Source of the DNA: Gemmatimonas aurantiaca
GTDB taxonomy: Bacteria > Gemmatimonadota > Gemmatimonadetes > Gemmatimonadales > Gemmatimonadaceae
Assembly: GCF_037190085.1 (NCBI RefSeq)
Contig: NZ_JBBCJO010000015.1
Coordinates: 3,480-67,479 of the forward strand
Direction: 5' to 3'
Length of the DNA stretch: 64,000 nucleotides
Shown here: positions 21,431-31,287 of the stretch, one piece after another
Numbering within the stretch: the first letter of the stretch is position 1
Layout: each line of letters begins with the position of its first letter
The notes under the pieces: model-generated
Databases searched by the model: none
Seen by the model: only the letters and a program-made list of their open reading frames with translations
Told to the model about the DNA's origin: nothing
Position numbers and translations under genes: made by a program

Positions 21431-21895
21431 TCACCCCGGAATACGCTTGCCCGCCACCGGTGTGGGCTCGACACTGATCTGCATACCCGAGATCTCACGC
21501 GACAGCGATCCTTCGAGCTGGTCGCCGTTCGCCCGCATCGTCCAGGTCGTGAGAGCCTCGCGGACCATCTCCTGGCCGTTCATGTTGAGTCGCGCCTCGG
21601 ATCGCTGAACGAACGCCGCTCCCGAGGCGGTGACACGACCGCCCACGGTGAATGGCTTGGGCGGCGTGGCATTGTCGGATCGTTGCGTGACTTCGAAGGT
21701 GCCAAGCAGGGAATCACCGGAGGCGACCACGGTCAGGACACCACTCGCCCGGATGGGCGAAGGAACACCATCCTCGACACGACGACCGAGCTCCCACTCG
21801 ATCGACCATTTCCCGAGCAGAGGCGATGCGGGCTGAGCGGCGAGCGGGGCGGCCATGCACAACGCAGCGGCCACGGAAATGAGCAGGCGGGACAT
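21431..21895 (-). CDS. Secreted hypothetical protein
   Basis: Clear signal peptide MSRLLISVAAALCMAAPLAAQP. Codon usage matches the neighbouring genes. No recognisable motif. Confidence 0.6.
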   Translation of the reverse strand: MSRLLISVAAALCMAAPLAAQPASPLLGKWSIEWELGRRVEDGVPSPIRASGVLTVVASGDSLLGTFEVTQRSDNATPPKPFTVGGRVTASGAAFVQRSEARLNMNGQEMVREALTTWTMRANGDQLEGSLSREISGMQISVEPTPVAGKRIPG

Positions 21896-22002
21896 GAAAG
21901 ACCTTTCGGAATGAGTGACACGACGGAAACCACAGGTTGCGTCGTGTCAGTCACGGCTGAACGCCAGAAGGTTTCCGGTCCCCACCACCGGAAGCCAACG
22001 CC

Positions 22003-22566
22003 CTACGGCTTCACGCCTCCCAGCGCGCAGACATGCCGCCACTCGGCGGGCGTCACCGGCACCACCGACAGTCGGCTCACCCGGAGCAACGCCATCTGCG
22101 ACAATGCCGGATCGGCCTTGATCTGCGGCAGCGTGACCGGTGTTTCGAAGGCCACGATTCCCTTCACATCCACCATGAACCAGGTCGGCGTCGCGGGATC
22201 GGACTTCCCGTCGTGGTACTCGTGCGACGGATCGAAGGCCGTGTGATCGGGATACCCCTCCTTCACCACCTCGCACACACCCACGATGGCCGACGGCTCG
22301 GCGTTCGAGTGATAGAAGAAGCAACGATCGCCGACCTTCATGCCGTCGCGCAGGAAATTGCGCGCCGCCGAATTGCGGATGCTGTCCCAGCAGGTGGTCT
22401 GCTTCGGTGACTGCAACAGGTCGTCGAACGAGAAGACGCCGGGCTCCGACTTGATGAGCCAGTACCGACGCTCACCACGCGCACGCGGCGCAAACGCGTC
22501 GGCCCACGCACCGGTCTCGTAGGGAGCCGACTGCGGCGCCTTCGCGGCCGATTTTTTGGCCGGCAT
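22003..22566 (-). CDS. EVE (PUA-like) domain protein
   Basis: RYWLIKSEPGVFSFDDL....WDSIRN..ARNFLRDGMKVGDRCFFYHSN...IVGVCEVVKEGYPD matches the EVE/DUF55 family pattern. Start taken at the ATG at 22566. Confidence 0.8.
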   Translation of the reverse strand: MPAKKSAAKAPQSAPYETGAWADAFAPRARGERRYWLIKSEPGVFSFDDLLQSPKQTTCWDSIRNSAARNFLRDGMKVGDRCFFYHSNAEPSAIVGVCEVVKEGYPDHTAFDPSHEYHDGKSDPATPTWFMVDVKGIVAFETPVTLPQIKADPALSQMALLRVSRLSVVPVTPAEWRHVCALGGVKP

Positions 22567-22568
22567 GG

Positions 22569-22820
22569 TCAGTTCATGCAGCAATTGCCCGCGCCACACC
22601 CCATCGTGGGCATGCCACCGCGCCCCGCGGGCATGGCGCAGGTGTCGCCACCGGCGCCGTTGGTGAAGGTGACCAGTCCCCCCGACAGCACCCGACGCAC
22701 GGGCTGGCCCGTTTCCGGATGCGCGACGAGCGGTGCGTCCGACATCGACTGACGCACTTCGAAACGCTCGGGCGTTTCCCCCTGCGTCCCGGGGAGTGTT
22801 TCGTAGACGTAGATGGGCAT
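22569..22820 (-). CDS. FmdB-like small protein with degenerate zinc ribbon and Cys-rich C-terminus
   Basis: It begins MPIYVYE...FEVRQSMSDAPL..P.TG..V.RV, the FmdB-family signature, but both CxxC knuckles are replaced. The C-terminus is ..DTCAMPAGRGGMPTMGCGAGNCCMN. The stop is 2 nt before the EVE gene start. Confidence 0.6.
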   Translation of the reverse strand: MPIYVYETLPGTQGETPERFEVRQSMSDAPLVAHPETGQPVRRVLSGGLVTFTNGAGGDTCAMPAGRGGMPTMGCGAGNCCMN

Positions 22821-22849
22821 ACCCGAAAGATACGCGATACATTCGCGAC

Positions 22850-24508
22850 ATGCGCCCCCTCCCCCTTTCCCTGCGCGCCGTCGCACCGGCCCTGCTCGCG
22901 GCCGCCGCCCAGATCGCGGCTCCCCGGCCGCTCGCCGCCCAGGACATCGATCTGGTGACCACGGCCGATCGCATCTTCGGTGCCTGGAACAACACCCACG
23001 GCCCTGGATGCGCCGTCGGTGTCGCCCGCGGCGGCACGACCCTCCTCGAGCGCGGCTATGGCATGGCCGACATCGCCGGGGAGCGCCCCATCACCCCCGC
23101 CACGATTCTCGAATCGGGATCGGTGGCCAAGCAGTTCACCGCCACCGCCGTGATGCTGCTGGTGAAAGACGGCAAACTCGGGCTCGACGACGATGCCCGG
23201 AAATATCTCCCCGAACTCCCGGTGTACGATCGCCCCATCACGGTACGCCATCTGCTCACGCACACCAGCGGGCTCCGCGAATGGAGCAACCTGATGGCGT
23301 GGCAAGGATGGCCGCGCGGCACACGCGTGCACACGCAGCCGTTCGTGTACAGCGTCATCACGGCACAGAAAGCGCTCAACTATCCCGTGGGTGCACACTA
23401 CTCGTACACCAACTCGGGCTTCCTGCTGCTGCGTACTCTGGTCGAGCGCGTGAGCGGTCAGTCGTTCGCCGACTTCAGTCGCGATCGCATCTTCACACCG
23501 CTGGGGCTCACGCATACACGCTGGCGCGACGATTTCACCCGCATCGTGCCGGGCCTCGCGCAGGCATATCGCCGCGCATCCGACGGCTGGCGCATCGACA
23601 TGCCCACCGACAACATCATCGCCGCCGGTGGACTGCTCACCACCGTGGGCGACTGGCTGCGCTGGAACGATGCCCTCACGAAGAAGACCCTTGGCGCCGC
23701 GGTCGTGGATTCCCTCACGCGACAGATGCGCCTCAATAGCGGCCTCGAGATCGCGTACGCTCTGGGGCTCACCGTGGGTCGCTATCGCGGCACCCTGGAG
23801 ATCGCGCATTCGGGATCGACGGCGGGATATTCCACCTATCTCGCGCGGTATCCCCAACTCGGCGATCTCTCCATCGCGGTGCTGTGCAATGTGGCCGGCG
23901 CGGGCGCCACGCAGTACACCCGTCAGCTCGTCGATGCACTGAATCCGACCCTGCCCCGTGCGGCGGCGGCAGACACCGTTGTGGCCGACCAGGCGGCCCT
24001 GCTTCCGTGGCGCGGTCTGTACGAAGACACGCGCTGGCATGCCGTGACCACACTCGATACCGCCGGTGGTCGTCTGCGCCAGGGCAACACCCCGCTGCGC
24101 GCCCTGCGTGACGGCACGTGGCTCATGGGCAACCTCCGCGTGCGTCTCGCCATGGACAGGGACGGCCGCACCCGCACCATCCGCACGGTCACCTCCGATG
24201 GCGATTCGGTGATCTACGTCTGGCGTGCACAGAGCGCCTGGAAACCAACGCCCACCGAACTCGCCGCGTATGCCGGACGATATCGCAGCGACGAGATCGG
24301 CAACACGTTCGTGGTGACCGTCGAGGGATCGGTCCTCACCGTGAGCCCGCGTGTCGGCGTGGTCGATTCCCTCGTTCCCACCTTCCGTGATGCCTTCGAC
24401 GGCTCCGACAATGCCGTCTGGTTCACCCGTGATGCGAAGGGCCGTGTGAACGCGATGCACTTCGGCGCCTCGCGTGTCTGGGACTTCGTATCCACGCGCC
24501 TCCCCTGA
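22850..24508 (+). CDS. Beta-lactamase-fold serine hydrolase (class C/PBP4*-like) with C-terminal extension domain
   Basis: Signal peptide, an SxxK motif (SGSVAKQF) and a YxN motif (YSYTNSG). About 200 extra C-terminal residues. Confidence 0.8.
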   Translation: MRPLPLSLRAVAPALLAAAAQIAAPRPLAAQDIDLVTTADRIFGAWNNTHGPGCAVGVARGGTTLLERGYGMADIAGERPITPATILESGSVAKQFTATAVMLLVKDGKLGLDDDARKYLPELPVYDRPITVRHLLTHTSGLREWSNLMAWQGWPRGTRVHTQPFVYSVITAQKALNYPVGAHYSYTNSGFLLLRTLVERVSGQSFADFSRDRIFTPLGLTHTRWRDDFTRIVPGLAQAYRRASDGWRIDMPTDNIIAAGGLLTTVGDWLRWNDALTKKTLGAAVVDSLTRQMRLNSGLEIAYALGLTVGRYRGTLEIAHSGSTAGYSTYLARYPQLGDLSIAVLCNVAGAGATQYTRQLVDALNPTLPRAAAADTVVADQAALLPWRGLYEDTRWHAVTTLDTAGGRLRQGNTPLRALRDGTWLMGNLRVRLAMDRDGRTRTIRTVTSDGDSVIYVWRAQSAWKPTPTELAAYAGRYRSDEIGNTFVVTVEGSVLTVSPRVGVVDSLVPTFRDAFDGSDNAVWFTRDAKGRVNAMHFGASRVWDFVSTRLP

Positions 24509-24516
24509 ACGACACC

Positions 24517-25293
24517 ATGACCACCTGCCCCACGTCTCCCGCTGTCCTCATCACGGGCGCGGCCACCGGCATCGGTGCGGCCTGCGCCACCGCCTTCGCC
24601 CGCGCCGGATGGCGTGTGGGTGTCTGTACACTGCCCGATACGCGCGCCGACGCCGATGCCGTCGCCGCGTCCTGTCAGGCGCTCGGCCAGGACGCGCTGG
24701 TGGTGGAAGTCGATGTCACCGACGACGCCTCCTGCCGAGCCGCGGCGGTGGCGTTCGAAACGCACATGGGACAGATCGACGGACTCGTGAACTGCGCCGG
24801 CACCACCCGCTTCGTGCCGCACGCCGATCTCGAAGCGCTCCCGTCGAGTGAATTCGGACGCACGAACAGCGTCAACGTGCTCGGCACCTTCCAGATGATC
24901 CGCGCCTGCCGCGCCGGACTCGAACGCAGCGGTCGGGGCGCCATCGTCAACTATTCGTCCATCGCCGGCATCTCCGGTGTCGGATCGTCGGTGGCATACG
25001 CGGCCAGCAAGGGCGCCGTCAGCACCCTCACCATTTCGATGGCCCGCGCGCTCGCACCACACATCCGCGTGAATGCCATTGCGCCAGGATATGTGGCCGG
25101 TGGACTGCCCAGCCGGGTCCTCAGCACCGACGCACTCGCCGCCGTGGAAGCGACGTATCTGGAGACACAACCGCTCAAGCGCCTGCTCACCCCCACCGAA
25201 GTGGCGGAACTCACCGTGTTTCTCATTGCGGGCCCCGCCGGAATCACCGGCGAGATCATCCGCATGGACAACGGCCTGCATCTGAACGGCTGA
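24517..25293 (+). CDS. SDR-family oxidoreductase
   Basis: TGAATGIGAA dinucleotide-binding motif, NCAG, and the catalytic YAASKGAV. Confidence 0.85.
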   Translation: MTTCPTSPAVLITGAATGIGAACATAFARAGWRVGVCTLPDTRADADAVAASCQALGQDALVVEVDVTDDASCRAAAVAFETHMGQIDGLVNCAGTTRFVPHADLEALPSSEFGRTNSVNVLGTFQMIRACRAGLERSGRGAIVNYSSIAGISGVGSSVAYAASKGAVSTLTISMARALAPHIRVNAIAPGYVAGGLPSRVLSTDALAAVEATYLETQPLKRLLTPTEVAELTVFLIAGPAGITGEIIRMDNGLHLNG

Positions 25294-26351
25294 TGCACGC
25301 ATCCAACGCCACACCGATGGCCTCCAGCACCGTCTCCATCGGCTTCATCGGCACGGGCCTCATCGGCGCCCCCATGGTGGAGCGTCTGCTCGAATGTGGA
25401 CGCACGGTGGTGGTGTGGAATCGCTCGCCGGAAAAACTGGCGCCGCTCGTGGCCGCGGGTGCGGTCGTGGCGGAGAGCATGCAGGACCTCGCCCGTCGGG
25501 TCGACATCGTCTGCACCTGTCTCACCGACACCAGCGCCGTGGCATCGGTGCTGTTCGGTGCATCGGAAGAGGCATCGAACGGAACGTCGAACGGAACGCC
25601 GAACGAAACACCGAACGGCACACCGGGAATCGCGTCGAGCATGCGCGCGGGTCAGCTGCTCGTCGATCTTTCGAGCATCGCTCCCGATGCCACCGCGCGC
25701 ATGGCCACGCGGCTGACCACCGAATCGGGTGCGCACTGGATCGATGCTCCGGTTTCCGGTGGAGTGCCCGCGGCACGCGCGGGTCGTCTCATCATCTTCG
25801 CGGGCGGCCGCGCCGACGACATCGCGCGGGCAGCCCCGGTGTTCGATGCGCTCGCGCAGCGCGTCACGCACATGGGTGACAACGGCGCCGGTCAACTGGC
25901 CAAGAGCTGCAATCAGCAGATCGTGGCGTGCAATCTCATGGTGATCGCCGAAACGCTGGCCTTCGCGGAACGCGCCGGTGTCGATGCCTCACGCCTGCCG
26001 GCGGCGCTGGCGGGCGGCTTTGCCGACTCGTTGCCATTGCAGATCTTCGGACCACGCATGGCCGCGAACATCGACACACCGCGCCTCGGGGCCGTCGGCA
26101 CGTTCCGGAAGGATATCGAGCAGGTCGCGCGGCTGGCGGAGGACGTGGGCGCCGACATCCCTGTCACGCGCGCCGCGCTCGCGCGATACCGCGAGGCCCT
26201 CTCGCATCCAGACGTCGGCGCCGAAGGAGACGCCTCACGACTCATTCGCATGCTCCGTGGGCCGATGACAGCGCGGGATACCACGGGGGATACTACGCCG
26301 GATTCCACTCAGTCGGCCGTGCACACCACACCCGACGGCCCTGCGGCATGA
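25293..26351 (+). CDS. NAD(P)-dependent dehydrogenase of the 3-hydroxyisobutyrate/6-phosphogluconate dehydrogenase family, with repeat insertion
   Basis: [18 protein letters not shown] Rossmann motif, DAPVSGG and [11 protein letters not shown] blocks. The start overlaps the SDR stop (TGATG). Confidence 0.8.
   Translation: MHASNATPMASSTVSIGFIGTGLIGAPMVERLLECGRTVVVWNRSPEKLAPLVAAGAVVAESMQDLARRVDIVCTCLTDTSAVASVLFGASEEASNGTSNGTPNETPNGTPGIASSMRAGQLLVDLSSIAPDATARMATRLTTESGAHWIDAPVSGGVPAARAGRLIIFAGGRADDIARAAPVFDALAQRVTHMGDNGAGQLAKSCNQQIVACNLMVIAETLAFAERAGVDASRLPAALAGGFADSLPLQIFGPRMAANIDTPRLGAVGTFRKDIEQVARLAEDVGADIPVTRAALARYREALSHPDVGAEGDASRLIRMLRGPMTARDTTGDTTPDSTQSAVHTTPDGPAA
25575..25622 (+). repeat. 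In-frame 12-nt tandem repeat (4 units) inside the dehydrogenase gene
   Basis: Units are tcgaacggaacg, tcgaacggaacg, ccgaacgaaaca and ccgaacggcaca. They encode [16 protein letters not shown]. Confidence 0.9.
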
Positions 26352-28036
26352 CCCGGCGCTTCCGCTCGGCGGCGATCTACGAAGGCACCATCCGCGCCAC
26401 GACGCACGCCTTCCTCGAGGCATTGGGTCAGAGCGCCGAAGAGATCACCAGGCCGCACATCGGCGTATTCCACACCGGTGGCGAGATGAGCCCGTGCAAC
26501 ATGAACCTGCGCGATCAGGCGCAGCATGCGAAGACGGGCATCTACGCGGGCGGCGGCATGCCCCACGAGTGTCCGGTGGTCTCGGTGTCCGATGGCCTCT
26601 CCATCGCCCACAGCGGCATGCGCTACTCGCTGGTGTCGCGTGAACTCATTGCCGACAGCGTGGAAGCGAGCACCGAAGCGCATCAGTGGGACGGTATCTT
26701 CGCCATCGGCGGATGCGACAAGAATCTGCCCGGCCTGATGATGGGCATGGTGCGTTGCAACGTGCCCGCGGTGTTCGTGCATGGCGGTGCGGCCCTGCCC
26801 GGGCGTTGGAAGGGCCGTGACACCAACGTGGCGGAAACGTACGAGACCATCGGCAAGGTCTTCGCGGGTGAAGCCAGCACGGAAGAACTCGAAGCCCTGG
26901 CGCACGCCTGTCTGCCGTCGGCGGGATCGTGCGCCGGACAGTTCACGGCCAACACCATGGGCATGGTGTCGGAAGCCATCGGTCTCGCGCCCATTGGGTC
27001 CAGCATGGTGCCCGCGGTCTTCAGCGAACGGGCACCGCTCATGCGCCGCGCCGCGGCCGCACTCATGCGCGCCGTGATGAACGATGCCCCACGTCCACGG
27101 GACATCGTGACCCGCGAGGCGCTGGAGAATGCCTGCGCTGTGGTATCGGCCACCGGCGGTTCCACGAATGCGGCGCTGCACATTCCCGCCATCGCGCACG
27201 AAGCGGGCATCTCGTTCACGCTCGACGACGTGGCCGCGGTGTTCCGGCGCACACCGCTCATTGCCGATCTGCAGCCTGGTGGACGGTATCTCGCGCGCGA
27301 CCTCCACTACGCGGGCGGCGCCGGCGTGGTGCTGCGGGCATTGCTCGATGCCGATGCCCTGCACGGACAGTGTCTCACATTCACCGGGCGCACGCTGGCC
27401 GAAGAGCTCACCGATGCGGCGCCGGTGGATGGCCGCGTCGTGCATGCCGTGAGCGACGCGCTCTCGATGGACGGCGGCGTCACGGTGCTCACCGGCAACC
27501 TCTGTCCCGATGGCGCACTGCTCAAGACGGCCGGACTCGGCACACTCGTGCATCGCGGTCCGGCCCGCGTCTTCGAAAGCGAGGAAGCCGCGCTGGTGGC
27601 CGTGCGCGATCGTGCCTACGATGCCGGCGATGTGCTCGTCATCCGCAACGAAGGCCCACGCGGTGGACCGGGCATGCGGGAGATGCTGGGTATCACGGCG
27701 CTTCTGTACGGCCAGGGCATGGGCGCCAGAGTCGCGTTGCTCACCGACGGACGATTCAGCGGCGCCACGCGTGGTCTCTGCATCGGACACGCCGGCCCGG
27801 AAGCGGCCGACGGCGGCCCCATCGCCGTCCTCCGTGACGGCGACATCATCGCCATCGATGCGCGCCCGGAGGCGCGGCGTATCACGGTCGAACTGTCCGA
27901 CGAAGCACTCGCATCACGGCTCGCCGGACTCCCATCACATCGGGTACCGCATCATGCGCGGGGTGGCGTGCTGCAGAAATACGTGAAGCTGGTCGGGCCG
28001 GCACATCGTGGTGCCACGACGCACAGTGGCCTCTGA
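26348..28036 (+). CDS. IlvD/Edd-family dehydratase (dihydroxy-acid or sugar-acid dehydratase)
   Basis: Family blocks [40 protein letters not shown] and [13 protein letters not shown] overlap with the upstream dehydrogenase gene. Confidence 0.88.
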   Translation: MTRRFRSAAIYEGTIRATTHAFLEALGQSAEEITRPHIGVFHTGGEMSPCNMNLRDQAQHAKTGIYAGGGMPHECPVVSVSDGLSIAHSGMRYSLVSRELIADSVEASTEAHQWDGIFAIGGCDKNLPGLMMGMVRCNVPAVFVHGGAALPGRWKGRDTNVAETYETIGKVFAGEASTEELEALAHACLPSAGSCAGQFTANTMGMVSEAIGLAPIGSSMVPAVFSERAPLMRRAAAALMRAVMNDAPRPRDIVTREALENACAVVSATGGSTNAALHIPAIAHEAGISFTLDDVAAVFRRTPLIADLQPGGRYLARDLHYAGGAGVVLRALLDADALHGQCLTFTGRTLAEELTDAAPVDGRVVHAVSDALSMDGGVTVLTGNLCPDGALLKTAGLGTLVHRGPARVFESEEAALVAVRDRAYDAGDVLVIRNEGPRGGPGMREMLGITALLYGQGMGARVALLTDGRFSGATRGLCIGHAGPEAADGGPIAVLRDGDIIAIDARPEARRITVELSDEALASRLAGLPSHRVPHHARGGVLQKYVKLVGPAHRGATTHSGL

Positions 28037-28088
28037 AAAACGCACGGGAGAAACGTCTGAGAAAAACGCACCGGCGCAGGACCGCCGC

Positions 28089-28631
28089 TCAGAACTCCAC
28101 CAGCCGGTCGCTCGTGTCCCGCGGCGCCGCCGGCTGCGCGGGCATGCACATCACGTACACGTGATAACGCACCTCACCAGGCGCGAGCACACGGGCATCA
28201 CCGACGGCTTCCTCCGCGTCGGTCATGAGCATCGCCGGTCCGTAGAAGTTGAACAGGCAATCGGCGTTGTCCTTGCGAAACCGCAGTGACGCTTCCGTTG
28301 GCGCGTCACGCGGTTCGGGAGTACGCACCCACCCGGAAGCACGCACCCGCTCGTAGAAATACACCGCTTCCGGCTGCACCCCACGTGTCGTACCGCCCGC
28401 AGCCGTGATCCGGCATCCCGTCTGTCGTTTGCGGGTGCGCCAGTCGTTCACGGTATCCGGCTCGATGACGGTTTTCATCTGGCGATCGGTACGCAGAAAC
28501 GCGTCCGCCGCCACACACAGAGGATGTGCGACCTGCGTCACACCCGTCTTCGCACCTGCCGGTGGCGGTGTCATGAACATCGCTCCCGACACCGCAAGCA
28601 GGAATGCGGAAACCAGCCCGTTCGTTATCAT
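28089..28631 (-). CDS. Secreted hypothetical protein
   Basis: Start at the ATG at 28631 gives the signal-like N-terminus MITNGLVSAFLLAVSGAMF. The rest of the 427-aa track ORF upstream is antisense to the kinase gene and Arg/Gly-rich, so it is treated as an artefact. Confidence 0.5.
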   Translation of the reverse strand: MITNGLVSAFLLAVSGAMFMTPPPAGAKTGVTQVAHPLCVAADAFLRTDRQMKTVIEPDTVNDWRTRKRQTGCRITAAGGTTRGVQPEAVYFYERVRASGWVRTPEPRDAPTEASLRFRKDNADCLFNFYGPAMLMTDAEEAVGDARVLAPGEVRYHVYVMCMPAQPAAPRDTSDRLVEF

Positions 28632-28655
28632 ATCTGAAAACTGTCCGATGTCCGT

Positions 28656-30737
28656 ATGCCAAATCAACCTCGCGACAACCGCTTCGCCATTCTCCTGAAC
28701 TGGATCGCGCCACCGGCTGGCTCCCCTGTGGACGCCTGGCGGCGGCGCATCTTTTCCGCCCTGCTGCTCTGGCTGACGGTCCTTGGGCTGATAGCCTACG
28801 TCCCCAGCATGCTGCTGGCCCTGCGCATCGGCGACTACGATGTGGTGGCGCTGGACACGGCGGCCTACACCTTGATCGTCATCGCGCTGTTCGCACGTCG
28901 TCTGCCTTTTGCGACGCGCGCCACGGTCCTCGCCACGCTGCCACTCGCGCTGGGCAGCTACTTTCTGTTCGGTTACGGACTCGATGCCGTGGCGCCCGTG
29001 TGGCTGGTGGTCTTTCCGGTGTTCACGGCGACACTGATCGGACGACGCGCGGCACTGCTGGCCACCGCGATCGTGGCGTTCGTCTACATCATGGCCACGG
29101 TGGCGGTGGCCAAGGGCGCACTGGCGTGGGCGGCGCACAATCCCCAGACGCTCTCGATGATGGTGGTGAACGGCATCATCACCGTGCTGCTGGCCGCTGC
29201 GCTCTCGCTCGCCATCACCGCCATCTTCGATGGACTGGCCCGCGAGGCCCTGGCCCGCGCCGCGGCCGAGGAAGCCTCGGTGCGCATTGCCCATGCCATC
29301 AATCAGAGCGATGGCTACGTCCTGCTGCTCAACATCGACGGATCGATCGCCACCACCAATCTCGCCGCGCAACGGCTGCTGACCACCGAAACCATTCCGT
29401 GGGACGATGCTCCCTGGACCATCGTCCGGGCGGGCTCACCCTGGGCCGGCACCTGCGACTGGAAACGGGCCGACGGTTCGGTCATGCAGCTCTCGGGCAC
29501 CATCTCGCTCGTGCGCGACGAACAGGGCACCGTGACGCAGTTGCTGGCCACCCTGCGCGACGTGGGTCGCGAGCGGTTTCTCGAAGCGCGACTGGAACAG
29601 GGGCAACGCCTGGCCGCCATCGGCACACTCGCCGGCGGCATTGCGCACGATTTCAACAATCTGCTGCAACCCATCCTCAGCAACACCGAGGCCGCCCGCA
29701 CACAACTGCCCGACGACAGCGACGCCACCCCCTTTCTCGATGATGTGAAGCAGGCGGCGGAACGTGCCCGCACGCTCGTACGACGCATTCTGAGTTTCAC
29801 CCGCTCCGATCTGCAGGAACGACGCGCCCTCGATCTGGGGGAACTGCTGACGGAGACGGAACGCCTGTTGCGCGCCACGTTGCCCGGATGGGTGCAACTG
29901 CGGTGTGTCAGTGAGCCCTCCGTGGTCGTGCGGGCCGAGGCCGGCGAGATCCAGCAGGTGCTGCTGAACCTCGCGACGAACGCGGCCCATGCGATGCCCA
30001 ACGGCGGCACACTGCACATCTCGGCGTCGGGAGTTCCCGTGCGCGACGATCCCGTGCTCGCCAGTGCATTCGGCGGCGAGCAGTTCGTCGCCGCCTTGCA
30101 GGTGAAGGACACCGGCACGGGCATGGACGAGGCCACCATCGCCAGAGCCTTCGAACCGTTCTTCACCACCAAATCGGTGGGACGCGGTACGGGACTCGGG
30201 TTGGCCATGGTGCACACCACCGTCACGGCGTTGGGCGGCATCGTCGTGCCACACAGCCGGCCGGGTGCCGGCACCACGATGGCGATCTATCTGCCACTGA
30301 TGCACAGCGTGCAGACACAGCCCGTGCGCGCATCGCGCGAAGGCATGTCCGGTGTGGCACACGGGAGGCGGCACATTCTGGTGGTGGACGACGAATTTGC
30401 GGTCCTCACGGCCGCGCGGCGCGTTCTCGAACGCCTGGGATGGAAGGTGACCGCCCTTGGCGATCCGCAGGAAGCCGCCGCCTGTCTGGCGGAAGACGGT
30501 GCGTCCTTCGATTGCCTCATGACCGATCTGGCCATGCCCGGGATGTCCGGGGTGCAACTGGCGACAATCGCCGCGCAGCTGCACCCCACCCTTCCGATCA
30601 TTCTCACCACGGGCTACCTCGATCACGAACTGCAGCCCGGCGATCAGCAGCGCATCAGCATCGTATTGCCGAAGCCTTTCACCGGATCGGAGCTGGAACA
30701 GGCGTTGTTCACCGCCTGCGCCCACCGCCGCGGGTGA
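28656..30737 (+). CDS. Hybrid sensor histidine kinase / response regulator (membrane domain-PAS-HisKA-HATPase-REC)
   Basis: About 6 N-terminal transmembrane segments, then a PAS-like region. H-box GIAHDFNNLL, N-box NLATNAAHAM and G-boxes DTGTGM / GTGLGLA. The C-terminal receiver is ILVVDDE...LMTDLAMPGMSG...KPF. Confidence 0.88.
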   Translation: MPNQPRDNRFAILLNWIAPPAGSPVDAWRRRIFSALLLWLTVLGLIAYVPSMLLALRIGDYDVVALDTAAYTLIVIALFARRLPFATRATVLATLPLALGSYFLFGYGLDAVAPVWLVVFPVFTATLIGRRAALLATAIVAFVYIMATVAVAKGALAWAAHNPQTLSMMVVNGIITVLLAAALSLAITAIFDGLAREALARAAAEEASVRIAHAINQSDGYVLLLNIDGSIATTNLAAQRLLTTETIPWDDAPWTIVRAGSPWAGTCDWKRADGSVMQLSGTISLVRDEQGTVTQLLATLRDVGRERFLEARLEQGQRLAAIGTLAGGIAHDFNNLLQPILSNTEAARTQLPDDSDATPFLDDVKQAAERARTLVRRILSFTRSDLQERRALDLGELLTETERLLRATLPGWVQLRCVSEPSVVVRAEAGEIQQVLLNLATNAAHAMPNGGTLHISASGVPVRDDPVLASAFGGEQFVAALQVKDTGTGMDEATIARAFEPFFTTKSVGRGTGLGLAMVHTTVTALGGIVVPHSRPGAGTTMAIYLPLMHSVQTQPVRASREGMSGVAHGRRHILVVDDEFAVLTAARRVLERLGWKVTALGDPQEAAACLAEDGASFDCLMTDLAMPGMSGVQLATIAAQLHPTLPIILTTGYLDHELQPGDQQRISIVLPKPFTGSELEQALFTACAHRRG

Positions 30738-31287
30738 TCACGATCGGCACACCGACATATCCGGTATAGAACGGCCGGTAACCGAAGGCGCCCATCCCGC
30801 CGTACCCCCACGGGCCATACGCTCCATAGAACCACGGATCGAAATACGGATAGTTCGCGTATCGCGCGCGTCCGTCACGATCGTTCTGCTGCACTTCGAG
30901 CGGAGCGACCGCCACCGAGGCGTTGCCCTGCACGTCCTTGCAGCTGCGCTTGTCCTTCTCGGCCTTGGCCACGAGCTTGTCGTCCACCCACAAGGCCACG
31001 TCTTCCTTCGACGTCGACGTGAACTGGACCTGCTCGTGCGCGGCAACGGTGAGCCGGGTCTTGTCGTTCGCCTTGTCGACGGCGAGTTCGACATCGACCG
31101 GTCGTTCGCCATCGTTGCGCAACACGAAGTTGTTGTCGCACAGGTACCCGAAGGTGAGACGACGGGTATCGGCCACCTGGCTGCGGGTGACGTCGGTGAT
31201 CTGTGCGTACGCCGGAACCGCACCCATGGTGATGATCGCGGCGCCGATCGCCCCGGCGATGGCCGCATGGTATCTGGATATCTGCAT
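30709..31287 (-). CDS. Secreted hypothetical protein with Gly/Tyr/aromatic-rich C-terminal tail
   Basis: Signal-like AIAGAIGAAIITMGAVPAYAQ. The tail is NYPYFDPWFYGAYGPWGYGGMGAFGYRPFYTGYVGVPIVITRGGGRRR. Its 3' end overlaps the convergent kinase gene by 29 nt. Confidence 0.5.
   Translation of the reverse strand: MQISRYHAAIAGAIGAAIITMGAVPAYAQITDVTRSQVADTRRLTFGYLCDNNFVLRNDGERPVDVELAVDKANDKTRLTVAAHEQVQFTSTSKEDVALWVDDKLVAKAEKDKRSCKDVQGNASVAVAPLEVQQNDRDGRARYANYPYFDPWFYGAYGPWGYGGMGAFGYRPFYTGYVGVPIVITRGGGRRR

Noticed and set aside
25575-25622. CRISPR-like or N-glycosylation significance of the NGT repeats.
   Set aside because: The units are 12 nt long, contiguous, in-frame and inside a gene, so this is not a repeat-spacer array. 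The host protein has no signal peptide, so the N-x-T sequons are unlikely to be glycosylated.
28035-28070. Direct repeat GAAAAACGCAC x2 (25 nt apart) in the convergent spacer after the dehydratase gene.
   Set aside because: It is short and isolated between two gene ends. It is most simply part of terminator and spacer sequence, with nothing to suggest function.
28632-29372. Upstream part of the 427-aa minus-strand ORF.
   Set aside because: It is antisense to the transmembrane domain of the histidine kinase and has an Arg/Gly/His/Asp-rich composition. Only the last 180 codons, which have a signal peptide, look genuine.
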